Below the pieces are notes generated by a model. That model was not told the DNA's origin, did no database searches, and saw only the letters and a program-made list of their open reading frames with translations. From assembly GCA_965208575.1 (NCBI GenBank), contig CBDBOV010000002.1, positions 742,450 through 806,449 of the forward strand: a stretch of DNA of 64,000 nucleotides. Reading direction: 5' to 3'. Shown here piece after piece: positions 8,766 through 18,485 of this stretch. Position 1 is the first letter of the stretch, and the number at the start of each line of letters is the position of its first letter. This DNA comes from Spirochaetia bacterium (GTDB taxonomy: Bacteria; Spirochaetota; Spirochaetia; SZUA-6; Bin103). The position numbers and the translations under genes are program-made.

Positions 8766-9212
8766 CTAAGACTCGATCCTCTGTAACACGATGTGGCAGA
8801 CCTGTGAGTCCTCTTCAATCAGGCAGATGTGGTTCTTGTCAACTGTCACACCACGGTACCGCAGGTCGCTGCCAAAGTTCATAGTCAGGTAGCCGTCGTG
8901 AACTCGCCAAGTACCAGGTCCCCCAGGACCAACCACGATAGTGACCTTCCCGTTCGAACCAAATGACGCTATTGCTGTCGCGTTCGGCCAGGGCTGGCAC
9001 TGCGTACAGTCCTCCTGCATCCAGCGGAAATTCGCACCCGCCAAGTCCGATGCTCTCACCGGGCGCCCTGCAGCAATGTCAGCGCTCGAAGGGGGGCTGC
9101 CATACGCTACTGTCTCCTCCGCCAACCGTTCCGTGGCTTCCGTAACGTCGCATCCCACCAATAGGACTGCCCAAGTTACCCAGGTCAGCGCTATTGGACC
9201 GACTATTCTCAT
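8766..9212 (-). CDS. Hypothetical lipoprotein (lower GC)
   Basis: MRIVGPIALTWVTWAVLLVGC: hydrophobic signal plus LVGC lipobox; four further Cys. Confidence 0.6.
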   Translation of the reverse strand: MRIVGPIALTWVTWAVLLVGCDVTEATERLAEETVAYGSPPSSADIAAGRPVRASDLAGANFRWMQEDCTQCQPWPNATAIASFGSNGKVTIVVGPGGPGTWRVHDGYLTMNFGSDLRYRGVTVDKNHICLIEEDSQVCHIVLQRIES

Positions 9213-9265
9213 TACCTTCACGCTGGCATCTCTATCACAGTGGTCGGCTCGTCGGCAACGCTGCA

Positions 9266-10317
9266 TCACTCCCTCAGATCCACAGTGCCTGCCAATTCAA
9301 AACGGTGGATGGTGCGGTGGCGGTAGGGGGCGCCGGGGCGCAGGACGGTGGAGGGGAAGTGGGGATGGTGCACGCTGTCGGGGTAGTGTTGGGTCTCCAG
9401 GCACAGGCCGCCGCGCCGGTCGAAGGTGCGGCCGCCGGCGCCGGCGGTCCGGGTCAGAAACTCGGCAGTATAGAACTGCACGCCGGGCTGCGTGGTAGCG
9501 ACCTCCATTGCCCTACCTGTGGCAGGGCAGTGCAGGCGCGCGCAGGTCCGGAGGGTGCCGGGCTCGCCGTCAATCACGAAGCAGTGGTCGTAGCCCCCGG
9601 CCGCCTCGATCCGTTCGCCGACGCGGCGCGGACTGGTGAAGTCGAACGGCGTGCCGCGCACCGGAACGATGGCGCCGGTGGGCAGCGCGCCGGCATCCTT
9701 CTCCAGCACCTGCGAGCAGTCGAGTTGCAACTCGTGATCCTCGATGCTGCGGCTGCCGGCGCCGGCCAGGTTCCAGTAGGTGTGGTTGGTCAGGTTGACG
9801 ATGGTGGGCGCGTCGGTGGTGGCGCTCAGCTCGATCGACAGTTCGTCATCGTCGGTGAGCCGGTAGACGACGTCGGCGGTCAGGGTGCCGGGGTAGCCTT
9901 CCTCGCCGTCGGGGCTCACGTAGCGCAACGCAATGCGGTCCTCTCCGTTCCCTTCATCAGCGGCGGCGTGCCAGATGCGCCGGTCGAAGCCCACCTCTCC
10001 GCCGTGCAGGTGCACGCCGCCGTGATTGCAGGCCAGCCGGTAGCGCGTGCCGTCCAGGGTGAACGCACCGCCCGCGATGCGGTTGGCGACCCGCCCGGCG
10101 ATGGCCCCGAAGTAGGGCCCGCCCGCCGCCAGGTAACCGTCCAGGCCGGCGTGGGCGAGCGTGATCTCGTCGCAGCCGTCCCGCCCATGGGTGCGCACCG
10201 AGTGCAGGTTGGCCCCCAGGGTCAGCACGCCGACGCTGGTGCCGCGGGCGTTGCGCATGCAATAGCGCTCACCGGCTGCCCTTCGACAGCCCCGAACCGG
10301 AAGCGGGCAATACTCAT
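9266..10317 (-). CDS. galM: Aldose 1-epimerase (galactose mutarotase); 1-nt frameshift near 10270
   Basis: GAIAGRVANRI, HLHGG, NLTNHTYWNL, GYDHCF, TTQPGVQFYT, CLETQHYPD. Probable true N-terminus MSIARFRFGAVEGQPV lies in another frame. Confidence 0.88.
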
Positions 10318-10744
10318 CTCGTTGGCGTTCCCGTGTGGCGGTGCGGGAACCCGGCTTCGCGGAAGCTGCTCGGCGCCATGCCACCGGCCTCGGCACAGCC
10401 TCGCCGATGGTGAGGGCGCTCGCGGGCGGTGCGGCCGATGCGTCGCCTGGGGCCATGTTCACCGCGCATCACGTCATCGGCAGCTCCGGCACGGTGTCGT
10501 GCGGTGACCGGAGCGCACCCGCGCCGCAGGCGGTGTCGCCCCCGGCCGTCGGCGAGGTGACCGTGCGGCGGCGCGGGCGTTGGTGTCATGCGGCGACCGG
10601 AGTGCTCCGGTGCGCCGTGGTCCGGTAGCCAGCCGCCGGTGAGGTGGCCACGCGACGGCGACGCCGGCCTGTTCGCGCCTCGGCCGATGGTAAGCACGGC
10701 GCTTCGCCGCCGGCGGCAGCGCTTCGGCGTTGCGCTGCACCGCA

Positions 10745-12112
10745 TTACGGCAAGTGGCGCATGGCGTTGCCCACTTCGTCCAGTAGGCGGTCGACGTGGC
10801 GGTCGGTCATCGGCAGCGACACGTTGCCGCCGCGCCGCGTCACGATGCCGTGGTTCATCAGCCAGAAGTACAGCCAGCGCTGCCGCGCGCCGTCGTCGCG
10901 AGCCGCCTCCCGGTAGTTGCGCGGCGCCTCGGCCAGGAAGTAGAGCTGAAACAGCGAGCCGGCGGTCACCACGCAGCCCGGCACTCCCGCGTCGGAGAAC
11001 ACCCGCCGCAGGCCGTCGCCCAGCCGGGAGGTGCGCTCGTGGATTTCGCCGTACGCCGCGTCGGTCATGGTGCGCAGCGTGGCCAGGCCCGCCGCCATCA
11101 CGATCGGGTTGCCGTTGTAGGTGCCCGACTGCGGAATCGCCGGGCCGCCGCCGCCCGGGTCGTACAGCGCCATGATGTCGGCGCGCCCCCCGAACGCGCC
11201 GCCCGGAGTGCCGCCGGCCACCACCTTTGCCAGGCAGGTCAGGTCGGGCCGGATGCCGTACACGCCCTGCGCGCCGCCGCGGCCGGCGCGGAAGCTCACC
11301 ACCTCGTCGAAGATCAGCACGATGCCCGACTCGCGGGTGACCCGCCGCAGCGTCTCCAGGAACCCCGGCGCCGGCAGCGTCATGCCGGCGGCGGTGGACA
11401 GGGGGTCCACGATCACCGCGGCCAGCCGGTCGGCGTGCTCACGAATCAGCGTCTCGCACGCCTCACTGTCGTTGAATGGCAGCACCAGCACGTGCTCGGC
11501 GGTGCCGGGCGCCAGCCCCGCCGAGGCGGCCACCGGCAGCGGCCGTTCCGCCGGCCCCAGTTCCGCGCCCAGCGGCGGCAGGTAGCTGATCAGCGCCGGG
11601 TCGTCGATGCCGTGATAGGCGCCCTCGAACTTGGCGATCATCGGCCGCCCGGTAACGGCGCGCGCCGCCCGCAGCGCGCCCAGCACCGCCTCCGTCCCGG
11701 AACTGCAGAAGCGCAGCCGCTCCAGCGACGGGATGCGCGCTCCGAGCAGCTCCGCGAGCTCCACCTCCAGCGGACAGGGCGCGAAGTAGGCGGTGCCGCG
11801 CGCCGCCCGCGCCCCGATCGCGCGCACCACGGCGGGATGCGCATGCCCCAGGATCAGCGCGCTGGCGTTGTTCACGAAGTCGATGCGCCGGTTGCCGTCC
11901 ACATCGACCAGCTCCACCCCTTCCGCACGATCCACGTACAGCGGAAACGGCTCCACGAACACCCCGGTCCGCGTGTTCCCCCCCGGAAACACCGACTGCG
12001 CCCGCTCAAACAGCCGACAGGAGGCCTCGTTCTGCTCCCGGTACTCGGTAAGGAGAGCATCGATGGAAGTCACGCCAGAGGCCGTGGTCGTGGCGGAAGC
12101 GGTCGTGCCCAT
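10745..12112 (-). CDS. Class III PLP aminotransferase (glutamate-1-semialdehyde aminomutase-like)
   Basis: DVDGNRRID, ILGHAHP, SGTEA, KFEGAYHG, LIFDEV, PDLTCLAKVVAGG, SGTYNGNP. Confidence 0.9.
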   Translation of the reverse strand: MGTTASATTTASGVTSIDALLTEYREQNEASCRLFERAQSVFPGGNTRTGVFVEPFPLYVDRAEGVELVDVDGNRRIDFVNNASALILGHAHPAVVRAIGARAARGTAYFAPCPLEVELAELLGARIPSLERLRFCSSGTEAVLGALRAARAVTGRPMIAKFEGAYHGIDDPALISYLPPLGAELGPAERPLPVAASAGLAPGTAEHVLVLPFNDSEACETLIREHADRLAAVIVDPLSTAAGMTLPAPGFLETLRRVTRESGIVLIFDEVVSFRAGRGGAQGVYGIRPDLTCLAKVVAGGTPGGAFGGRADIMALYDPGGGGPAIPQSGTYNGNPIVMAAGLATLRTMTDAAYGEIHERTSRLGDGLRRVFSDAGVPGCVVTAGSLFQLYFLAEAPRNYREAARDDGARQRWLYFWLMNHGIVTRRGGNVSLPMTDRHVDRLLDEVGNAMRHLP

Positions 12113-12250
12113 TGAACCGGCATTGTCGCATACGAGGAGAATCTTGTCCGTGAAGAGTTGATATCTCCATATATCCGGTTATATAGTTTCTCCATGCGCG
12201 TCCTCCGCCGTTGCGGAGTCGCACCTCAAGCCATCGTCAGGGAGAGTGCA

Positions 12251-12712
12251 GTGTCTCGACTACAGCTCGCCATCAACGTGACCGATCTCGACAAGGCCGT
12301 GGAGTTCTACGCGCGGATGTTCAGCACGCGGCCGGCAAAGGTGAAGCCGGGCTACGCGAACTTCGCCATTGCCGAGCCGCCCTTGAAGCTGGTGCTCTTC
12401 GAAGGTCCGGAGGGCGCGACCATCAATCATCTCGGTGTCGAGGTGGACACGGCCGAGGAGGTGAGTTCGGCCGAGCGCCGGCTCAGCGCCGCGGGCCTGC
12501 CGACGACCGGCGTCGACGAGACCGTTTGCTGCTATGCGGAGAAGGCAGAGACCTGGGTCGTCGATCCGGACGGCGCGCGCTGGGAGTGGTACGTGAAATC
12601 GGGCGATGCCGAACAGATGCACAACACCGTCGTACGCAGCCACCCGGGCGGAGCGGAGGCGGATCGCGGCTCCGTGGCATGTTGTCACGAGTCCCTGGCC
12701 TGTTGTTCGTGA
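12251..12712 (+). CDS. ArsI/CadI-family VOC metalloenzyme
   Basis: SRLQLAINVTDLDKAVEFY, PGYANFAIAEPPLKLVL, NHLG, TVCCYA, WVVDPDG..WEWY, C-terminal CC pairs. Confidence 0.88.
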   Translation: MSRLQLAINVTDLDKAVEFYARMFSTRPAKVKPGYANFAIAEPPLKLVLFEGPEGATINHLGVEVDTAEEVSSAERRLSAAGLPTTGVDETVCCYAEKAETWVVDPDGARWEWYVKSGDAEQMHNTVVRSHPGGAEADRGSVACCHESLACCS

Positions 12713-12734
12713 CTGGCGCGGCCTCTGCGAACTC

Positions 12735-13163
12735 TTGACCACGCAGAATCGACCCACCGACGAGTCTCAGGCCGCCGGTCGGCTTGGCGCGTTGGGCAAC
12801 CTCACGCGGCTGCGGATCTATCGCCTGCTCGTGCGCGCCGGAGACCGCGGGCTGAACGTTGGCTATCTGCAGCGGCTGCTCGACGTGGCGCCGTCCACGC
12901 TGGCCCATCACCTGGCGTCGCTGGTTCGCACGGGGCTTGTCCGGCAGACGCAGCGCGGCCGCGAAGTGGTCTCGCGTGCGGACTATGCCGTCATGGACGG
13001 ACTGGTCGGTTTCCTCACGACCGAGTGCTGCAGCGGCGTACCCGCGGACTCGGAGCCGCACCGCAACCCCCACATGACAACGACCTGCGAACCTCGGACA
13101 CCCGCCCGCTGCTGCCAGCTTGAGCTACGGGATGCCGATCAGTGCCAGTGCGGTACCGGGTAG
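12735..13163 (+). CDS. ArsR/SmtB transcriptional regulator
   Basis: ALGNLTRLRIYRLLVRAG..GLNVG..STLAHHL..L..GLV..QRGRE..FLTTECC. Confidence 0.87.
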   Translation: MTTQNRPTDESQAAGRLGALGNLTRLRIYRLLVRAGDRGLNVGYLQRLLDVAPSTLAHHLASLVRTGLVRQTQRGREVVSRADYAVMDGLVGFLTTECCSGVPADSEPHRNPHMTTTCEPRTPARCCQLELRDADQCQCGTG

Positions 13164-14536
13164 GTGTAGTTCTCGGCCAGCTTGAGGCGCTGCACCTTGC
13201 CGCCGTCGTTTACCTCGAACACCGCCAGTTCGCCGGTTGAGCTGTAGCCGTTGCTGGACTCGTAGCGGAAGACGTGCTCGGCCACCGGTGTGAGCGTAGC
13301 CATCGTGTCCAAGGGATCGTCCGCAGCCGGGTCGATGATCACCAGCTTGCCACCGCGGACCAGCACCTGGGAGTCGCTCCAGGCATCGCGGTAGCGGCCG
13401 ACGTAGCGTTGCCAGCCGGGGTCCGGCGTGACCGCTTTCGGTGCGGGTGCGGCGGCTCGCAGCACCGCCGGCAGCACCCACTGGAAGGCGCGGTAGCAGT
13501 AGCGCAGCGAATCGCAGTCGTGCGCGTTGCTGAGCACGATCACGCCGGTCTTGTCCGCGGGACGGAGGAGCATCTGGGTGCGGTACCCCGGCGCCTGACC
13601 GCTGTGCCCGACGTAGGTGGCGTTTCCCTGCCGGATCACCTTGAAACCGAGTCCCCAACCATACTCCCAGCTCGGGTCGAGCCAATGCACACGCTGCATC
13701 TCGCGCAACGTGCTGCCGCACAGGAGTTGATCGCCCCCGGCCGGGCGGTCCCGAAACTGCAGCATCGCGAACTTCGCCAGGTCGGTCACGTTGGAGGTCA
13801 TGTTGGCGGCCGAGGCAATCCCGCGGTAGTCGACAAGGGCGCTCAGCACCGGCCGGTCCGCTCCGGGGAGCCGCCGTCCATGCCCCACGGCCACCCCGGC
13901 GGCGCCCGGAGGCGGCGGACCGGCCAGGGTGTCGCGCATGCCGAGCGGATCGAGGATGCGCTGTTGCACGAAGTCCTCGTAGGGCCGGCCGGAAACCGCG
14001 CCAACTACCTCGCCGGCCAGGACCAGTGCCAGGTTGGAGTACTTCCAGCGCGTTTCGGTGGGATAAGCCGTCTCCTGTCGCGGCAACCCATCTCTGACTT
14101 GGTCCCGGGTGGGGAAGTCGGCGTCGGTCCAATAGGGGAAGGCCGCCTCGCGCGGCAAGCCGGCGGTGTGGGTCAGCAGGTGGCGGATGGTGATGGCCGG
14201 TGCGTCCGGGAAGCGTTGCCTGATGTTGAACCACGGCAGGTGCCGCTCGACAGGGTCATCGAGCTGCAGCATTCCGGCGTCGCGCAGCATCAGGATGCCG
14301 GTGCCGGTGAACAGCTTGGTGATGGAGGCGATCCGGTACCGCGTGGCTGCCGTGGCCGGGATCTGCTCGTTCAAATCGGCATAGCCGAAGCCGCGCGCCC
14401 ACACCAGTTCCTGATCGTGGACGATCCCGATCGACAGGCCCGGCTCTCCGCGCTGCGCCATCTGCGCCTCGATCCACGCGCTCAGCAACTCGATGCCGGA
14501 GGCAACCTCGGGATGCGCCGCACTCTCCGCGCTCAT
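13139..14536 (-). CDS. Serine hydrolase, beta-lactamase class C/AmpC-like family
   Basis: ASITK (SxxK), LLTHTAG, YSN, GHSG. Confidence 0.9.
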   Translation of the reverse strand: MSAESAAHPEVASGIELLSAWIEAQMAQRGEPGLSIGIVHDQELVWARGFGYADLNEQIPATAATRYRIASITKLFTGTGILMLRDAGMLQLDDPVERHLPWFNIRQRFPDAPAITIRHLLTHTAGLPREAAFPYWTDADFPTRDQVRDGLPRQETAYPTETRWKYSNLALVLAGEVVGAVSGRPYEDFVQQRILDPLGMRDTLAGPPPPGAAGVAVGHGRRLPGADRPVLSALVDYRGIASAANMTSNVTDLAKFAMLQFRDRPAGGDQLLCGSTLREMQRVHWLDPSWEYGWGLGFKVIRQGNATYVGHSGQAPGYRTQMLLRPADKTGVIVLSNAHDCDSLRYCYRAFQWVLPAVLRAAAPAPKAVTPDPGWQRYVGRYRDAWSDSQVLVRGGKLVIIDPAADDPLDTMATLTPVAEHVFRYESSNGYSSTGELAVFEVNDGGKVQRLKLAENYTYPVPHWH

Positions 14537-14660
14537 GCCCAATCGTCCACCCAACGATGCCCGCCCGGCAACCCTGGAACCGGTGCCGCCGACTCCCACC
14601 GACCCACCGAGCCTTGCAACTCTCCTGGAGTGACGGTCCTCGACTTGGTAGAATGAAGAG

Positions 14661-14879
14661 GTGTCCGCCGTGCACACCTATACTGCGGTCGTCGAGCGTT
14701 GCCCCGATACCGGGTTCTTCGTCGGTTATGTTCCTGGTTTTCCGGGCGCACATAGCCAAGGGGAATCGATCGAGGAGCTCTCCGAGAACCTCAAGGAGGT
14801 GATAGCGATGCTCCTCGACGATGGCGAGCCCGAGATGGAGGCAGAGTACATCGGCACCCAGACTATCGTCGTCACCTGA
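14661..14879 (+). CDS. hicB: HicB-family antitoxin (short)
   Basis: YTAVVE..TGFFVGYVPGFPGAHSQGESIEELSENLKEVI. Confidence 0.88.
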   Translation: MSAVHTYTAVVERCPDTGFFVGYVPGFPGAHSQGESIEELSENLKEVIAMLLDDGEPEMEAEYIGTQTIVVT

Positions 14880-14887
14880 GACCTCCC

Positions 14888-15118
14888 GTGCCGCCTGTCC
14901 TCAAGCCACGCGAGGTGATCGCCATTCTCTCGGCCCTCGGATTCGAGGAAGTCCGCCAGCGCGGCTCACACAAGCAGTTCCGCCACGCTGATGGCCGTGC
15001 TACGACGGTACCGGTCCACGGCGGGCGCGACATCTCGCCGGTACTCTTGCGGCGAATCGCGAGAGATGTCGGGTTGAGCGTCGTTCAGTTCACCCGGCGC
15101 CGGGGCAGGCGTCAATAA
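14888..15118 (+). CDS. hicA: HicA-family mRNA interferase toxin
   Basis: GFEEVRQRGSHKQFRHADGRATTVPVHG. Confidence 0.9.
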   Translation: MPPVLKPREVIAILSALGFEEVRQRGSHKQFRHADGRATTVPVHGGRDISPVLLRRIARDVGLSVVQFTRRRGRRQ

Positions 15119-15152
15119 GCAACATCCTGCCCTTCGCGCTCGTGCCGCACGG

Positions 15153-17276
15153 GTGCAGGAGGCGGGGCATTCGTGGCATGCTTGGGGGGTGGTGATTGAT
15201 CTTCACGAGTGGTCTTACGATGGCGCCGCGCTGGTCGGGCGCGACGCGGTGGAGGCACAGGCGCTGGAGGAGCGCCGGGCGGAGTTGCGCGAGCAGCTCG
15301 ACGGCAGGTTGTTCGAGCGCGACGACCTGGCCTGGTACCGCGGCGCCTGGGTGGAAGCGTTCCTGTTCATGTACGACACGTCGTTCTACGACCGCGCCGC
15401 CGGGCGCTACCGGATAGACGAGATCCTGGACGACGGCGAGCGCGAGTTCGGCGGCTACGACTTCATTCTGCTGTGGCAGTCGTATCCGCGGTTGGGGATC
15501 GACGGGCGCAACCAGCTCGACCTGTACCGCGACATGCCTGGCGGCCTGCCGGGCCTGCGCGGCATGGTGCAGCGCGCCCACGACCGCGGTGTGCGCGTAT
15601 TCGTGAACTACAACCCGTGGGACGTCGGCACCCGGCGCGAGCCGGACGGGCAGGGCGACGGCGAGGGATTGGCCGGCATCATCGCGGCGATCGGCGCTGA
15701 CGGCGTGTTTCTGGACACGATGACCATGGACGAGCCCGGCTTCCGCGAGCCGCTGGAGCGCGCCAATCCGTCGATCGTGTTCAACCCGGAGGGCATTCCG
15801 CCGGCGTCGGCACTGTCCTCGGTGGCCGGGAGCTGGCTGCAGCGGCGCGCGGTCACTCCACCGGGGCTGCTCACCATTCGCTGGCTGCAGCCGCGCTTTT
15901 CGTTCCGCGCCATCGAGCGCACCGCGCTCGATCGCAGCGAGGTGGTGCAGAAGGGGTTCTTCCACGGCTGCGGGCACGTGGTGTGGGAGAACATCTTCGG
16001 CTGGTGGAACCCATGGGGAGAGGCGGACCGCGCCCTGCTGCGCCGCTGCACCTGGATTCTGCGCGAGCATGCCGGCGCATTCCAGGACATGGACTGGCAG
16101 CCCTACGTCGCGACCCTGGCCGACGGCGTATACGCGCATCGCTGGCAGGATGGGCAGACCACGGTGCACACCCTGTTCAACGCGTCCGGGTCGCCGCTCG
16201 ACGGGCCACTGCTGCGCGTTGCCGCCCGTGACGCCGCCGGCGGCGCCCTGCGCCACTATGACCTGTGGAACGGACGCGAGCTGACCGCGGCGTCGTCCGA
16301 CGGCGGCGGCGAGTTCGCGACCTTGCCGGTGACGATGGCGCCCGAGTCGGCGGGCTGCATCGTGTCGGCGCCGGGGGACGCGGCGGTGCGTTTCCCGCCG
16401 CCCGACCAGCCGGCCGCCGCGGAAGCCGTGACCATGCGCGGGCGCGCCTACCGCGACCGGGTCACGGTGGCGGACCACGAGCCGCGCCCGGTCACCGCGA
16501 CGCCGCCGGTGGTGCCGGGCAGCGAGCCCGCCGACATGTGCCGGGTGGAAAGCGGTCCGCCCCTGCAGATGCAGCTCCGCCACAACGTGGCCGCCTTCAT
16601 GGAGGGCGCGTGCTACGGCAGCCAGGAGGAGCACCGCGCCAAGCACCATCCGCCGCAGACGGTGGACCTGCCCACCTACTGGGTCGACCGCACCGAGGTC
16701 ACCAACGCCCAGTACCGCGCGTTCCTCGAGGACGCCCGCTACTGCCCCGCCGAACTGCACAACTTCCTGCGCCACTGGGATCGCGGCGAGGCGGCGGAGG
16801 CGCCGTGGCAGTGGCGCATCCCGGACGGCAAGGAGAACCACCCGGTGGTGTGGGTGGACCTGGACGATGCCCGCGCCTACGCGCGCTGGGCCGGCAAGCG
16901 GCTGCCCGCCGAGCCGGAGTGGCACCGCGCCGCCGGCAACAACCTGTGGCCGTGGGGGGAAGTGTTCGATGCCGAACGCTGCAACGGCGCCGGCGACGAC
17001 ACGACCCCGGTCGACCGGTTCCCGGACGGGAGGAGCCCGTGGGGATGCCTCGACCTGGCCGGCAACGTCTGGGAGTGGACCGAGAGCGAGCGCGACGACG
17101 GCCACACCCGCTACGCAATCGTACGCGGCGGCAGCCACCTGATTGTGGTAGGCAGCAAGTGGTACCAGGCCAGCGGCGCGCAGCCCAACGACTGCCACGA
17201 GAAGGTGCTGCTGATGTACCCGGGCACCGACCGCTGTGCCACCATCGGCTTCCGCTGCGTCAAGGACGAGAGCTAA
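15153..17276 (+). CDS. SUMF1/EgtB/PvdO (FGE-sulfatase) domain protein with large glycoside-hydrolase-like N-terminal region
   Basis: C-terminal TEVTNAQY, HPVVWV..DARAYARWAGKRLP.E.EW, DLAGNVWEW, RGGS, GFRC; N-terminal ADGVFLDT and FNPEG. Start may be 15192. Confidence 0.85.
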   Translation: MQEAGHSWHAWGVVIDLHEWSYDGAALVGRDAVEAQALEERRAELREQLDGRLFERDDLAWYRGAWVEAFLFMYDTSFYDRAAGRYRIDEILDDGEREFGGYDFILLWQSYPRLGIDGRNQLDLYRDMPGGLPGLRGMVQRAHDRGVRVFVNYNPWDVGTRREPDGQGDGEGLAGIIAAIGADGVFLDTMTMDEPGFREPLERANPSIVFNPEGIPPASALSSVAGSWLQRRAVTPPGLLTIRWLQPRFSFRAIERTALDRSEVVQKGFFHGCGHVVWENIFGWWNPWGEADRALLRRCTWILREHAGAFQDMDWQPYVATLADGVYAHRWQDGQTTVHTLFNASGSPLDGPLLRVAARDAAGGALRHYDLWNGRELTAASSDGGGEFATLPVTMAPESAGCIVSAPGDAAVRFPPPDQPAAAEAVTMRGRAYRDRVTVADHEPRPVTATPPVVPGSEPADMCRVESGPPLQMQLRHNVAAFMEGACYGSQEEHRAKHHPPQTVDLPTYWVDRTEVTNAQYRAFLEDARYCPAELHNFLRHWDRGEAAEAPWQWRIPDGKENHPVVWVDLDDARAYARWAGKRLPAEPEWHRAAGNNLWPWGEVFDAERCNGAGDDTTPVDRFPDGRSPWGCLDLAGNVWEWTESERDDGHTRYAIVRGGSHLIVVGSKWYQASGAQPNDCHEKVLLMYPGTDRCATIGFRCVKDES

Positions 17277-17440
17277 GCAGCCCGTGGCGACACTCCAGGC
17301 TGCATTCGAGCGGCGATCCATCCCGTCCGGCTGCGTTGCTCCTCGCTCACACATGGTCGATGTGCTCGTTCGTCGTCGCGCCAGGCCTGCCGGGCGCCTC
17401 GCCGCTCTCGGTGCGATGCCGGGTTCCGCCACGGGCTGCT
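17276..17440. mobile_element. MITE-like element, 165 bp, 14-bp perfect TIR
   Basis: agcagcccgtggcg (17276-17289) and cgccacgggctgct (17427-17440); internal dyad gagcggcga/tcgccgctc; no ORF. Confidence 0.7.
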
Positions 17441-17444
17441 GCCG

Positions 17445-18485
17445 ATGAACGCGCAGGCGGCGCCGCCGGCGCGGGAGCCGGCAGCGGTGGTGGTGATCGG
17501 CAGCTACCTGGTGGCGCTGGTGATGGAGGTGGAGCGGTTCCCGGCCGTCGGCGAGACCGTGAACGGCGGCGGCTACTTCGAGACCCATGGCGGCAAGGGC
17601 TCCAACATGGCGGTGCAGGCCGCCCGCCTCGGCGCGCGCTGCTCGTTCGCGGGCCGCGTCGGCGACGATGCGCGCGGGCAGGCGTTCCGCGCCATGCTCA
17701 CCGGCGAAGGCGTGGATACCGGTCACCTGCACCTGCAGGAGGGGATCGCCACCGGCGTCGGCTTCGTGATCCTCGGTCCCGGCGGCCAGAACATGATTAC
17801 CATCGACAGCGGCGCCAACGGGCGGTTCTCGACCGCCGACGTGGACCGCGCCGCCGCCGCGATGCGGCCCCCGGCCACCGTGCTCACCCAGCTCGAGATC
17901 CCGCTCGCCACCGCCCTGCGCGGCATGCAGCGCGGCCGTGAGGCGGGCTGCACCACCATCCTCAACCCGGCCCCGGCGCAGGACCTGTCGGCGTACGACC
18001 TGGCAAGCGTGTCGGTGATCACGCCCAACGAGACCGAGGCGCGCGTGTGCCTGGGCATGGCGGCCTCCGAGCGTGCCGACGAGGAAACCCTGGGCCGCCG
18101 CCTGCTGGAGCGCGGCTGCGGCGCGGCGCTGCTCACCCTCGGCGAGCGCGGCTGCCTGTGCGTCACCGCCGCCGGCAGCGAGCACGTGCCCGGCTTCGCG
18201 ATCGAAGAGGTGGTCGACACCACCGGCGCCGGCGACGCCTTCAACGCCACCCTCGCGGTGGCGCTTTCCGAGGGCCGGCCGCTCGTGGAGGCGGCGCGCT
18301 TCGCCAACGCCGCCGCTGCACTGTGCTGCACCCGGCTCGCCACCCTGCCCGCCTACCACACGCGCGAACAGGTCGACACATTCCTCGAGTCTGTACGGTC
18401 ACCCCGTGACACGGACGACGATCAAGACCGATACCGAAGCATCGCCAGCCGGCCGGCGCTTTCGGACAAGGAACAACGAACATGA
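17445..18485 (+). CDS. rbsK: Ribokinase (PfkB family)
   Basis: GGKGSNMA, GRVGDD, LNPAP, ITPNETE, TLGERG, DTTGAGDAF. Confidence 0.85.
   Translation: MNAQAAPPAREPAAVVVIGSYLVALVMEVERFPAVGETVNGGGYFETHGGKGSNMAVQAARLGARCSFAGRVGDDARGQAFRAMLTGEGVDTGHLHLQEGIATGVGFVILGPGGQNMITIDSGANGRFSTADVDRAAAAMRPPATVLTQLEIPLATALRGMQRGREAGCTTILNPAPAQDLSAYDLASVSVITPNETEARVCLGMAASERADEETLGRRLLERGCGAALLTLGERGCLCVTAAGSEHVPGFAIEEVVDTTGAGDAFNATLAVALSEGRPLVEAARFANAAAALCCTRLATLPAYHTREQVDTFLESVRSPRDTDDDQDRYRSIASRPALSDKEQRT

Noticed and set aside
10745-12112. hemL assignment
   Set aside because: Family-level similarity only, no heme context, and several HemL motifs differ.
13139-14536. Antibiotic-resistance beta-lactamase
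   Set aside because: No signal peptide; motifs fit the broad serine hydrolase/peptidase family.
15153-17276. Sulfatase-maturing FGE
   Set aside because: Catalytic cysteines after RGGS are absent.
15090-18359. 1089-aa minus-strand ORF and similar long shadow ORFs (6183-8717, 25255-27405, 28922-30580, 45610-47520)
   Set aside because: Antisense to well-supported genes, no motifs; expected from stop-codon scarcity at high GC.
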